Part shown: positions 9,629 through 17,369 of the stretch, in pieces
Layout: every line of letters starts with the position of its first letter
How positions within the stretch are numbered: the first letter of the stretch is position 1
The notes under the pieces: generated by a model
The model's input: the letters and a program-made list of their open reading frames with translations, nothing else
What the model was told of the DNA's origin: nothing
Databases searched by the model: none
Program-made: the position numbers and the translations under genes
DNA from: a virus
Virus record (IMG/VR): IMGVR_UViG_3300005529_000003
Span: 30,831-94,830 of that record
Direction: 5' to 3' (one strand)
Length of the DNA: 64,000 bases

Positions 9629-9913
9629 TCAGAACGGCATTGTATCTTCGAGCACCTGAAGATGGTTCTGGATGTACCGAGGTAGCGACCTTCGCTCCTC
9701 CTGCTCTTTCATCCTCCTCGCCTCTCGAATCCTGTCGAGTTCGTCGAGGCTGATTCCTTCGTCCTCGCCGTCTTCCTCTGTGTACTTTTCTTCAGTGCCG
9801 AGGTTGCTGAGGTTTTCACAGAAGCAGCAGACGTATCCGCCGTGGAGATTGTTGTAGTCGAGCGTCGGCTGACCGCAGTAGACGCACTCGCAGTCATCAG
9901 GATGTTGAATCAT
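9629..9913 (-). CDS. Small Zn-ribbon protein with acidic region, ends EDTMPF
   Basis: CVYC...CCFC motifs. Confidence 0.6.
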   Translation of the reverse strand: MIQHPDDCECVYCGQPTLDYNNLHGGYVCCFCENLSNLGTEEKYTEEDGEDEGISLDELDRIREARRMKEQEERRSLPRYIQNHLQVLEDTMPF

Positions 9914-9961
9914 GATCGATGTCCTTTCTGTGTCTCTGACGTATTACGTTGTTCGTACGAA

Positions 9962-10006
9962 AGACTCTCTCTAACTTCTTAATGTGTAAGAAGTTAGAGA
10001 GAGTCT
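9962..10006. repeat. Perfect 20-bp inverted repeat with 5-nt spacer
   Basis: agactctctctaacttctta-atgtg-taagaagttagagagagtct. Confidence 0.9.
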
Positions 10007-10030
10007 ATGACTGCACACCTTGTCGTCGTA

Positions 10031-10195
10031 TCATGCTGCTCCATTTGCACTTACGACGACCTCCGAAACACTCTCTCCATTTGCACACGAAGGGCAGTAC
10101 TCGTCGCCGTAGAGAGTGCGAATGAGTAAGCAGCCGCAGTCGCTGCACCGCTCGTCCTCGTGGCACTCCGCCTCGATGTCGCGTTCTTCCGTCAT
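10031..10195 (-). CDS. Small Zn-ribbon protein
   Basis: MTEERDIE...CSDC...CPSC; ATGA overlap with the upstream gene. Confidence 0.55.
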   Translation of the reverse strand: MTEERDIEAECHEDERCSDCGCLLIRTLYGDEYCPSCANGESVSEVVVSANGAA

Positions 10196-10593
10196 GATGT
10201 TTCTCCAGTGTTTTCCTGGGTTTGCTGTGTCTGTTGAGACTTCATCCACTCGATGCACTTCATGATGACGTCGCAGTGGCAAGCTAGTGGCGAGCACCAG
10301 CAGCCGAGATCGAGTTCGGGATGCTCGATTAGAAACTGAAGAGCAGCGACGACTGGCTCGTATCCATCCTGGATGCACTGCCACAGGTCCTTCTTAAATG
10401 CTGGAATCGCCTCACCACGTTTGTGAATCACTGTCTTGCCCTCGGCGTCTCTGCACCAAGGACAGGCACGGTGGATCGGATGTTCGTTGGCGAGAGGCGA
10501 AAGAGGCCATCCGTTACAGGCCCGACCGCAGTAGTAGATTCGCTTGGCTCGTGGTGATCCAGGGCGAATCCCTTTCACGTTGACGACTTTCAT
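10192..10593 (-). CDS. DUF4326 family protein
   Basis: KVVNV..., YYCGR...SPLAN, LGCWCSPLACHCDVI. Confidence 0.8.
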   Translation of the reverse strand: MKVVNVKGIRPGSPRAKRIYYCGRACNGWPLSPLANEHPIHRACPWCRDAEGKTVIHKRGEAIPAFKKDLWQCIQDGYEPVVAALQFLIEHPELDLGCWCSPLACHCDVIMKCIEWMKSQQTQQTQENTGETS

Positions 10594-10799
10594 CTTGGCT
10601 CCCAGGTGTTGTTGTCGAGTTCTTCTTGGGCTGTTTCTCTGGTGCGGAAGTAGTCAGATTCTCTGGAGTACGGGCCGCACTTGCAGATCGTGCCGATGTA
10701 GAAGCCCGCGGCCGATCGACAGACTTGCATCTGAAGTTTCGTTCCGCACTCAGAGCAGACGGGACTCGCACCACTGAGGATCGTTTCACCAGGAAGCAT
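10590..10799 (-). CDS. Small Cys-containing phage protein
   Basis: CSEC...VCRSAAGFYIG...CGPYSRESDYF. Confidence 0.6.
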   Translation of the reverse strand: MLPGETILSGASPVCSECGTKLQMQVCRSAAGFYIGTICKCGPYSRESDYFRTRETAQEELDNNTWEPR

Positions 10800-11263
10800 C
10801 ACTGATTCTCCTCTGCTTGTTTGAGTTCGTTGCGGACTTGCATGAGCAGCTTGCCGAGATAATTCTCGCCGACGCCGTTGCAAACTCCCCAGAAGACGTC
10901 ACCCCAGGTGTTCGCTTCCACGAGTTCTTCCTCACCCGTCGCCAGGAGCTTCTCTTTCAGGGACGAGATGGCGAACTTCTGTCGCAGCAGTCTCAGCATT
11001 ACCTCCAGCTTGATATCATCCCAGTCTGTTCGAACAGTCGATTGAAGTCCTCTTGCTGTTCGCTTTGCTGCTGCTGGCGTCTCACAGAGCAGGATCGCCT
11101 CACGAGCAGAGCGATCATCGCCTTGCCGAATGACTCCAGGGAAGAACTTTGCCCACTGATACGCCTGCTCGACAGAGTGAAACAGCGTGCCGTCTTTCGC
11201 CTTCACTTCACAAGCCCAGAAGTTCGAGAGCCAGCGGTATTCGCCAAAGAATCCAGCGATCAT
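10799..11263 (-). CDS. NADAR (YbiA/DUF1768) family N-glycosidase
   Basis: WLSNFW, SVEQAYQWAKF, WDDIKLEVM...KF, LLATG..ELVE...DVFWG...GENYLGKLLMQVR. Confidence 0.93.
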   Translation of the reverse strand: MIAGFFGEYRWLSNFWACEVKAKDGTLFHSVEQAYQWAKFFPGVIRQGDDRSAREAILLCETPAAAKRTARGLQSTVRTDWDDIKLEVMLRLLRQKFAISSLKEKLLATGEEELVEANTWGDVFWGVCNGVGENYLGKLLMQVRNELKQAEENQ

Positions 11264-11337
11264 CTTCCGCTCCTTCACCAGACTTGTAAGCGAGCAAGAG
11301 CGAAACATTCACTCTATCAAACTCACTTACACTCCAA

Positions 11338-11362
11338 GAAAGCAACCACGACAAACCGTTCA
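11338..11362 (-). promoter_or_regulatory. Conserved upstream motif, copy 1
   Basis: TGAACGGTTTGTCG-TGG-TTGCTTTC, ~75 nt upstream of the NADAR start. Confidence 0.55.
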
Positions 11363-11628
11363 AGCCGTCGAGACAGCGTCCATCTCTAACACCACGAATA
11401 ACAACTTCTCTCCAACCGACGATGAAGAGAGTGGAGAGATTTTCTATTATTCACAGAGCGTGTGGTTAGTCTGGCTACCTAAACACACTGTCAGAAATGG
11501 TTCTTTCTGCTTCTGAGCAAAAACTTTTCACGCCCTTTTCTTGTCGTCATTAACGCACCTGGCGAAGTTTTTTCTGCTTATCGCTTAAGGACTTATGGAA
11601 TCGAAGATGATTTCCTGTTCACTTTTCC

Positions 11629-11658
11629 TTGACAAGTTGTTTTAAAGTATGCTACACG
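11629..11658 (+). promoter_or_regulatory. Candidate sigma70-type promoter
   Basis: TTGACA-18 nt (ending TGC)-TACACG; overlapped by palindrome acgctct-tag-agagcgt (11656-11672). Confidence 0.4.
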
Positions 11659-11664
11659 CTCTTA

Positions 11665-12160
11665 GAGAGCGTTCCGCAGCGTCCTATCTGCTATTCCACG
11701 ATCCTCCAAAGCGGTAAAACAGCAAGGATTGTTTCAGCGGTGGACAAGTTGGTTCCACCTGTCCACATCATCTCATCGAGGTTTTCGATGTGGACAGGTC
11801 TCTGATGTGGAATCTTAAAAGCTTCCTCCGCTCCTCTGTAGGAGTTGAGAGACGAGAAAGTTGTCAGTCCAGAAGCAAGGCTCTGGGCACTTGGGGACCA
11901 AAGGAAGAAGCAGAAATAACGTTCTCGGGCCTTGGGCCTTGATGAGGGTGTGAAGTTCTTCTTCCTCTTCCCGCCTCGTGACGGTCCCCAACACCCACAC
12001 ATGGCTCTGAAGCTCGCTTGACGAACAACAACGAGCAGCGAGTGACTGACAGCAGCCTGGACGAGTGACGAACAACGAAGAGGGACAGCCAACTTCTCTT
12101 TCTTCGCTGGGGAGTAAGAAGAGACTTTTGAAGTTCTCTTCTTCCACTTGTCCATTTCGA
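11665..12160. ncRNA. Candidate long structured non-coding RNA
   Basis: No credible ORF; many nested stems (see findings). Confidence 0.45.
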
Positions 12161-12264
12161 GATGACGAAAAAACGATCATTCGAAAACTTTAGAGATTGA
12201 AACCGCGAGAGTGAAGCGACTCAAGAAGCTGAGTTTTCTTGAGACGGTTTGACGATAAGAAGAG

Positions 12265-12317
12265 AAAAAAGAAAAGACCGCGGCCTCTACTCCTTGCGAA
12301 GTAGAAGCTGCGGTCTT
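12265..12317 (-). terminator. Intrinsic terminator
   Basis: aagaccgcggc/gctgcggtctt stem with an A-run on the + side. Confidence 0.65.
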
Positions 12318-12330
12318 CTCGTTCACACGA

Positions 12331-12690
12331 TTAGAAGTGGATGCGACACAGCGTCTTGCGATATTTGATGAATCGCTCTGTGTACATCCTGCGGATCTTG
12401 TAGTCGGGGTGCTGTTCCGACTGTCGCTTTATGTACTGCATCTCTTCGACACACTTCTCTCTAAAGAATAGGAGGTCGTCGCTGCTGAGGTCCACGATGC
12501 ACTCGTAGAGACGCTGGAGCGTGGAGAGGGTGCAGAGGCCGCCACACGCGAGGAACGCCATCCAGGCGTCCGCGATGGAGTGAGAGGGCCTGGTGATTCG
12601 ACGCGGTTCACACACGATGAGGATCGTGAGCACGAGGGCCGCGAAGAAGATCAGACAGAGGGTGAGACGCAGAATCGACAACTCGTTCAT
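12331..12690 (-). CDS. Membrane protein, hypothetical
   Basis: N-terminal TM helix; AGGAG SD. Confidence 0.6.
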   Translation of the reverse strand: MNELSILRLTLCLIFFAALVLTILIVCEPRRITRPSHSIADAWMAFLACGGLCTLSTLQRLYECIVDLSSDDLLFFREKCVEEMQYIKRQSEQHPDYKIRRMYTERFIKYRKTLCRIHF

Positions 12691-12785
12691 GTGATTCTCC
12701 TGGCTGGAGTGAGAGTTTACCAGAAACGAAGAGAGCCGCCTCGATCGTGAGACGGCTCGAAACTTTTCGGGACAGAGTGAGTCGC

Positions 12786-13325
12786 TTAGAAGCGATCCTC
12801 TTTAGTCGGCTGCTTCTTCGCGTTGAGAGCGGCGGTGCGGTCGGCGACGAACTTGCGGTGCTTCGTCGCCCGCTCGATTGTGACTTTCTTGCTGCCGTCA
12901 CAGCACAGACAGACGCCAGGCTCCTTCCAGCCGGCGAACTGCACGAAGCCCTTGCCCTTGCACTTGGGGCATTGGACGAGAGCGGGCTTCTTCGACGTGG
13001 ATGCAGCGGGAGCAGCGGGAGCAGTCGGAGGAGTGAAGACCCAACTCCACTGCTCCGACTTCTTGTAGCCGAGATGCCTCAGCAGTTGGCGGAGAGCTTC
13101 ACGCCCTTCCTCGGAGTACTCGGCGGGATCGACTTCGATCGCCTCACCCAGCACCTCGTTGCCGGTGTGGAAAGTGACGAGAGGAAGAAAGCCAGCAGGA
13201 GCAGAGACGTCGAGGCCCGACAGAATCGCTGTACCGCCTGAGTTGGGGACAGAGAACTCGATACGACCATCGACGACTTTCCAGGAGAAGGACATCGCGG
13301 CCAGAACGGAAGAAGAAGCGGTCAT
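12786..13325 (-). CDS. Hypothetical protein with DnaJ-type CxxCxGxG zinc finger
   Basis: CPKCKGKG...CLCCDGS; AAGGAG SD. Confidence 0.7.
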   Translation of the reverse strand: MTASSSVLAAMSFSWKVVDGRIEFSVPNSGGTAILSGLDVSAPAGFLPLVTFHTGNEVLGEAIEVDPAEYSEEGREALRQLLRHLGYKKSEQWSWVFTPPTAPAAPAASTSKKPALVQCPKCKGKGFVQFAGWKEPGVCLCCDGSKKVTIERATKHRKFVADRTAALNAKKQPTKEDRF

Positions 13326-13406
13326 GACAGACTCCTTGCCATGAAGTGAAGGAGTTCAAGCAAGCTGCAACACACAGCTTCACCAACTCAAATCACTTCA
13401 ACTCAA

Positions 13407-13430
13407 GAAAGCGAAACGGCAAACTGTCCA
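13407..13430 (-). promoter_or_regulatory. Conserved upstream motif, copy 2
   Basis: TGGACAGTTTGCCG-TT-TCGCTTTC, just downstream of a terminator and ~82 nt upstream of the 13325 start. Confidence 0.55.
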
Positions 13431-13459
13431 GTAACGCTGAATGATGTGGTCGTATGCGG

Positions 13460-13497
13460 AAAAAGAAAAACCCCTCAGCCTTGTAGACTGAGGGGTT
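13460..13497 (-). terminator. Intrinsic terminator
   Basis: aacccctcag/ctgaggggtt stem plus U-tract on minus. Confidence 0.75.
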
Positions 13498-13516
13498 CGT
13501 GTTTGTGTCGTGACGA

Positions 13517-13777
13517 CTACTGCCATGCCGACGCCTCGACGGCGGATAGCATTTCGATCTCCTCAGCGAGGGCGTCACTGAGTTGTAGCCACCGCTCCCG
13601 CTCCGCATAGCCGCTGAGCCACCAGCGAGCTTGTTCGAGAAACACGGGCTGCACCTTGCACAGATCTGCGAGTGAGGCATTCTCACAGATCAGATGCAGT
13701 GCGTGGGGGAGCGAGTGAACGCCAGAGACGAACTGTCGTCCTGTTACCACCATGCCGAGCAGACTCTTGACTGCCAT
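13517..13777 (-). CDS. Hypothetical protein
   Basis: 86-aa ORF, AAGGAG SD. Confidence 0.55.
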   Translation of the reverse strand: MAVKSLLGMVVTGRQFVSGVHSLPHALHLICENASLADLCKVQPVFLEQARWWLSGYAERERWLQLSDALAEEIEMLSAVEASAWQ

Positions 13778-13849
13778 CGTCAGTCTCCTTTCGTGTGATC
13801 AGTTGTCGCGAATGCAACACGCATCCACCTAACAACTGATTCACATCCT

Positions 13850-13873
13850 GAATGCAAAGCGACAAACCGTTCA
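13850..13873 (-). promoter_or_regulatory. Conserved upstream motif, copy 3
   Basis: TGAACGGTTTGTCG-CT-TTGCATTC, ~73 nt upstream of the 13777 start. Confidence 0.55.
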
Positions 13874-14127
13874 GTTTCTTGAGTCGTGCGTACGTCGTTG
13901 TGTCTTCTAGCTCTTGAAGCCCAAAACACAACGAGTAGACCCCCGTACCCCCTCCAGATCATCACAGCAATCAATGAAACACTAACGGGGCTCCTTACAG
14001 AAACCCAAAGGATTTTCAAAGTTGGGATACTTTGCGAGTCTTTTATTCGATTTGAATCAACTCGAGACGTGTCAGAAAAACTGGTACGAATTTCTTACAA
14101 AAAAATCACAGGAGTTCATAACTTTTT

Positions 14128-14181
14128 CATGCAATGCGTTGCATGTTATCTTTCCTTTTAGTTATCGAGTTCTCGATAACT
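14128..14181. promoter_or_regulatory. Candidate operators in the divergent immunity region
   Basis: Palindromes catgcaa-tgcg-ttgcatg (14128-14145) and agttatcgag-tt-ctcgataact (14160-14181) in AT-rich DNA upstream of the repressor. Confidence 0.5.
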
Positions 14182-14265
14182 CGAGGTGACGCTTTGCATC
14201 AACAGCGATCACTTCTTCACAAATTCGTAACGAAACAAACAAGAACGGAAAGAAAGTAAAAGAAC

Positions 14266-14511
14266 ATGCAGGACTTCATCGCAAAGGCTCTGAAGAACTA
14301 CAGGATGCAGCGGAACATGACGCAGGCGGACCTCAGCAGGGAGGCGGACGTCTCGCTCAGGATCATCAACTACATCGAGAGCGGGGAGCAGTTGAACCCA
14401 AAACTCGTCACACTCACGAAACTTGCGAGGGCCCTCGGCGTTTCCGTGGAGGATCTGCTAAGGAATGCCAGGACGTCTTCTTCGAAGAAAACAAATGACG
14501 ATGGGATTTAA
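14266..14511 (+). CDS. XRE/Cro-CI family HTH regulator (probable repressor)
   Basis: LKNYRMQRNMTQADLSREADVS...IESG...NPKLVTLTKLARALGVSVEDLL. Confidence 0.92.
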   Translation: MQDFIAKALKNYRMQRNMTQADLSREADVSLRIINYIESGEQLNPKLVTLTKLARALGVSVEDLLRNARTSSSKKTNDDGI

Positions 14512-14622
14512 CGCACGCCATTTGCGTTAATGCTTACGGATACTTCGAGTTCAGGAAAACACGTCGAATTTTGAGAGTCACTGTACCGTTCTACTACACC
14601 CCACATCGAGGAGTGCCTTAAG

Positions 14623-15870
14623 ATGACACACCACAAGAAGAAAAAGAAGCGTCGTGGAAGGGGCGAAGGATCGATCTACAAGAGGGGCGACGGCCGGTGG
14701 GTCGCGATACTCGCTTCAGGGGAGGTTGACATTACAACGGGGAGGAAGAAGCGGAAGTACATCTACGCTGAGTCGAAGACAGAGGTCCTTCATCTTCTGG
14801 AAGATCACAAGGCGAAGTTAAAGGCGAAGCGTGTCGAGTCTCATGATAAGCGACTCCTTTGTGATTACCTCGACTCCTGGTTGGAGACGAAGAAACTTTC
14901 TGTAGAGAAACGGACACAGGAGTCGTACGAGTCGCATGTCCGCGTCCACATCAAGCCGAATCTCGGATCGATCAAGCTGCAAGATCTGACTTCGCAGAAC
15001 GTTCAGGACTTCTACTCAAAGCTCGTCAAGGATGGTGTCTCCTCGACGCAGGCGCGCAAGGTCGGGACGACACTTGGAGTCGCCCTGGCGGACGCGGTGA
15101 GGGCCCGACATCTGCTAGTCAATCCCTCTGTCGGCATTCGCAAGCCCAAGAAGGTCTTCAAGGAGAGTGAAGTATGGGACGAGGAGCAGTTGCGTTCTTT
15201 TCTCGCCGCCGCAAAACAAGACGAACGGCACTGGCCTTTCTACTTGACGATGCTCGACAGTGGACTACGCCCCGGTGAGCTTTGGGCATTGCGTTGGTCC
15301 GACGTGAACCTCGAGTTGGGAATACTGACGATCCGCAGGGCGATTGAAGGCGGATTAGGACCAGTCGGCGTCAAGGCTCCCAAGACGTCAAAAGGTCGGC
15401 GAAATGTCGTTCTATCTCCGCCGACAGTTGCAGTCCTTCGTGAACTGAGAGAGAAACGGCTGTTAGCAGGCGCGAAGGAAACGGACCTCATCTTCTGCAA
15501 CATCCGCGGCGGCTTCATGAGGTTCTCGAACTTCTATCGCGATTCATACAACCCCCTTCTGGAACGAGCGAACCTTCCTCACAAGCCGCTCTACACCCTC
15601 CGACACACATCCGCCACGCTCTTGCTCCTCCTGGGAGAGCCAGCGAAAATTGTCTCAGAGCGCCTTGGGCACTCGACAACGAGGCTCACACTTGATACTT
15701 ATAGTCATGTCCTCCCGTCCATGCAAAAGACGACAGCGGACAGGCTTGGCGGCCTGCTCGAGGGACTCATGGCGAAGAAAGATTTGAAACCTTCAGAGGC
15801 CGACGGGGTTAATACTCGGGTTGTAGATGGCGGTCCCGGAGGCTGCAACTCAGCAGATGGACAAACGTAA
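14623..15870 (+). CDS. int: Tyrosine integrase
   Basis: N-terminal RGRGEGSIYKR arm domain; GLRPGEL (R), PKT (K), YTLRH (H/Y-x-x-R), LGHS, TLDTYSH (Y). Confidence 0.97.
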   Translation: MTHHKKKKKRRGRGEGSIYKRGDGRWVAILASGEVDITTGRKKRKYIYAESKTEVLHLLEDHKAKLKAKRVESHDKRLLCDYLDSWLETKKLSVEKRTQESYESHVRVHIKPNLGSIKLQDLTSQNVQDFYSKLVKDGVSSTQARKVGTTLGVALADAVRARHLLVNPSVGIRKPKKVFKESEVWDEEQLRSFLAAAKQDERHWPFYLTMLDSGLRPGELWALRWSDVNLELGILTIRRAIEGGLGPVGVKAPKTSKGRRNVVLSPPTVAVLRELREKRLLAGAKETDLIFCNIRGGFMRFSNFYRDSYNPLLERANLPHKPLYTLRHTSATLLLLLGEPAKIVSERLGHSTTRLTLDTYSHVLPSMQKTTADRLGGLLEGLMAKKDLKPSEADGVNTRVVDGGPGGCNSADGQT

Positions 15871-15911
15871 AGGACGACCAAGTCATGATGGCGCAAGGAC
15901 TTACAGGCGCA

Positions 15912-15952
15912 GAAGGCGTAGCTCAGCTGGTAGAGCAACGGACTTTTAATCC
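15912..15952 (+). other. attP core: 5' half of tRNA-Lys(UUU)
   Basis: GAAGGCG-TA-GCTC-AGCTGGTA-GAGC-A-ACGGA-CT-TTT-AA-TCC, then the tRNA pattern stops; lies between int and xis. Confidence 0.8.
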
Positions 15953-16359
15953 CACCAACAACTCCCGCACTGACGACCTCCGATCGTCGCAAACCCTTCC
16001 GTTTTCCCTCATTTACAGCGATTTTGCTGGCATTTTCGATAGCGGCGGCTGCCACGATAAACGCCCCCTGTCCGACTTACAGGCTGTCAGTAAGCGGTCA
16101 ACGCCAGAGACGCGGTATCGCGTCTCTTTTGGTGTCCATTCGTCATTTTGGTTGATTCTTTGGATCACCCCACGGATCGCCTCTTGACAACGGCGGCGTG
16201 AGGGCGGATCATCAAGGAGTACAAGTGAGAAGTGTACTTGCGATCAGTAGACGGAAATGGATGGGATCTCCATCAGGCTCGTGTTCTCGCCGCAGAGCGT
16301 ATTCCTCGACGTAGAGGAAACCTCGTCTTGCGGTTTTTTCTCCAGCCAGGAGAAGTACG

Positions 16360-16647
16360 ATGACGGTCGGAACGGTCGCAGTGATGGCGACGAGCGGTTC
16401 TCGCAACGCAGGGATGGTGACGACATCTCAACCGACACCCCCCTCACAAGGAGAGCGAGGAGACAAGCTCTACCTGCTCAAGGAGGTATGCCGTATTTTG
16501 CGGGTATCGCGGGCGACTCTCTACCGCCTCATGAACTCTGGGGCTCTCCACTACTCGAAGGTCGGTGGGCAGCGGCGAATCTCGCGACGGCAGCTCGACG
16601 AGTGCATCGACAGGCACGACACGTCGAGGCACGATACCGCGGCATGA
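16360..16647 (+). CDS. xis: Excisionase-like HTH (HTH_17/MerR type)
   Basis: LYLLKEVCRILRVSRATLYRLMNSGALHYSKVGGQRRI; start uncertain. Confidence 0.85.
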   Translation: MTVGTVAVMATSGSRNAGMVTTSQPTPPSQGERGDKLYLLKEVCRILRVSRATLYRLMNSGALHYSKVGGQRRISRRQLDECIDRHDTSRHDTAA

Positions 16648-16709
16648 TGCCGGTTCTGTAAACGATAGGAGCGGGTCTGACAGGGAGTTCAGGCCCGCTC
16701 TTTCTATTT

Positions 16710-17306
16710 TCAGTCGAGATTCCACTTCGCTTTTCGGAGGTGGAGGGTGAATATATGCCCTGTTGTCTTGTAGTCGTATTCTATTCGGTGCAAGACGGCC
16801 TGGAAAGACAGCTCGTGTCCTGGTTTTAATTTCTTTGCCTTTTCGCGGTCTTCTTTTGTCTTGAGCGGAATGATCGCCGGACTCAGGGGGCGGACGTCGG
16901 CATCTTCCTGACTGATCAAGAAGATGAATTTATACAACTCGCGAGGGTGTCGGCGGTTGTCAGGTCTTGCGTCTCTGACGTCGTGCTGCCGGGCGTGGAA
17001 CACGATGCAAGGTCCGAGAGGGGGTGCGTCCTGGATGTCGATCGCCGGTAGTTTCCAGGAGATTTCCTTTACGTTTTGCGAACTCAATACCTTCTTCAAC
17101 ATTAGGATTTGATCGTTCAGGGCTATCTCGTTCCTCTTATTGTCGAATCGCTGAACGATGTCGGTCTTTTCAATCACCCACTGTTTCGTATTTTGTAGCG
17201 ACTTGGCATCAAATTCAGCCTCCTTCGCTTTCGGCGGGGCTTTCTGAAGAAAGAAGACCAGAGCCAGGCACACGAAGAGGGGTAGTCGGGGTTCGCTGAT
17301 GAGCAT
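16710..17306 (-). CDS. Exported hypothetical protein (moron-like)
   Basis: Hydrophobic signal-like N-terminus, GGAG SD, own promoter. Confidence 0.7.
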   Translation of the reverse strand: MLISEPRLPLFVCLALVFFLQKAPPKAKEAEFDAKSLQNTKQWVIEKTDIVQRFDNKRNEIALNDQILMLKKVLSSQNVKEISWKLPAIDIQDAPPLGPCIVFHARQHDVRDARPDNRRHPRELYKFIFLISQEDADVRPLSPAIIPLKTKEDREKAKKLKPGHELSFQAVLHRIEYDYKTTGHIFTLHLRKAKWNLD

Positions 17307-17335
17307 GTCGGATCTCCGTTGAGGGCGACCCAACG

Positions 17336-17365
17336 ACTCTATCAGCGCGCTGTTTTGTCTGTCAA
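17336..17365 (-). promoter_or_regulatory. sigma70-type promoter
   Basis: TTGACA-18 nt (ending TGA)-TAGAGT. Confidence 0.6.
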
Positions 17366-17369
17366 GCGT

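Noticed and set aside
12217-13887. Invertible segment bounded by inverted repeats
   Set aside because: The repeats are short, interrupted by an 11-nt insertion, and there is no invertase nearby; better treated as regulatory motifs.
15912-15990. Functional tRNA-Lys gene
   Set aside because: No T-arm or 3' acceptor strand follows; it is a half gene.
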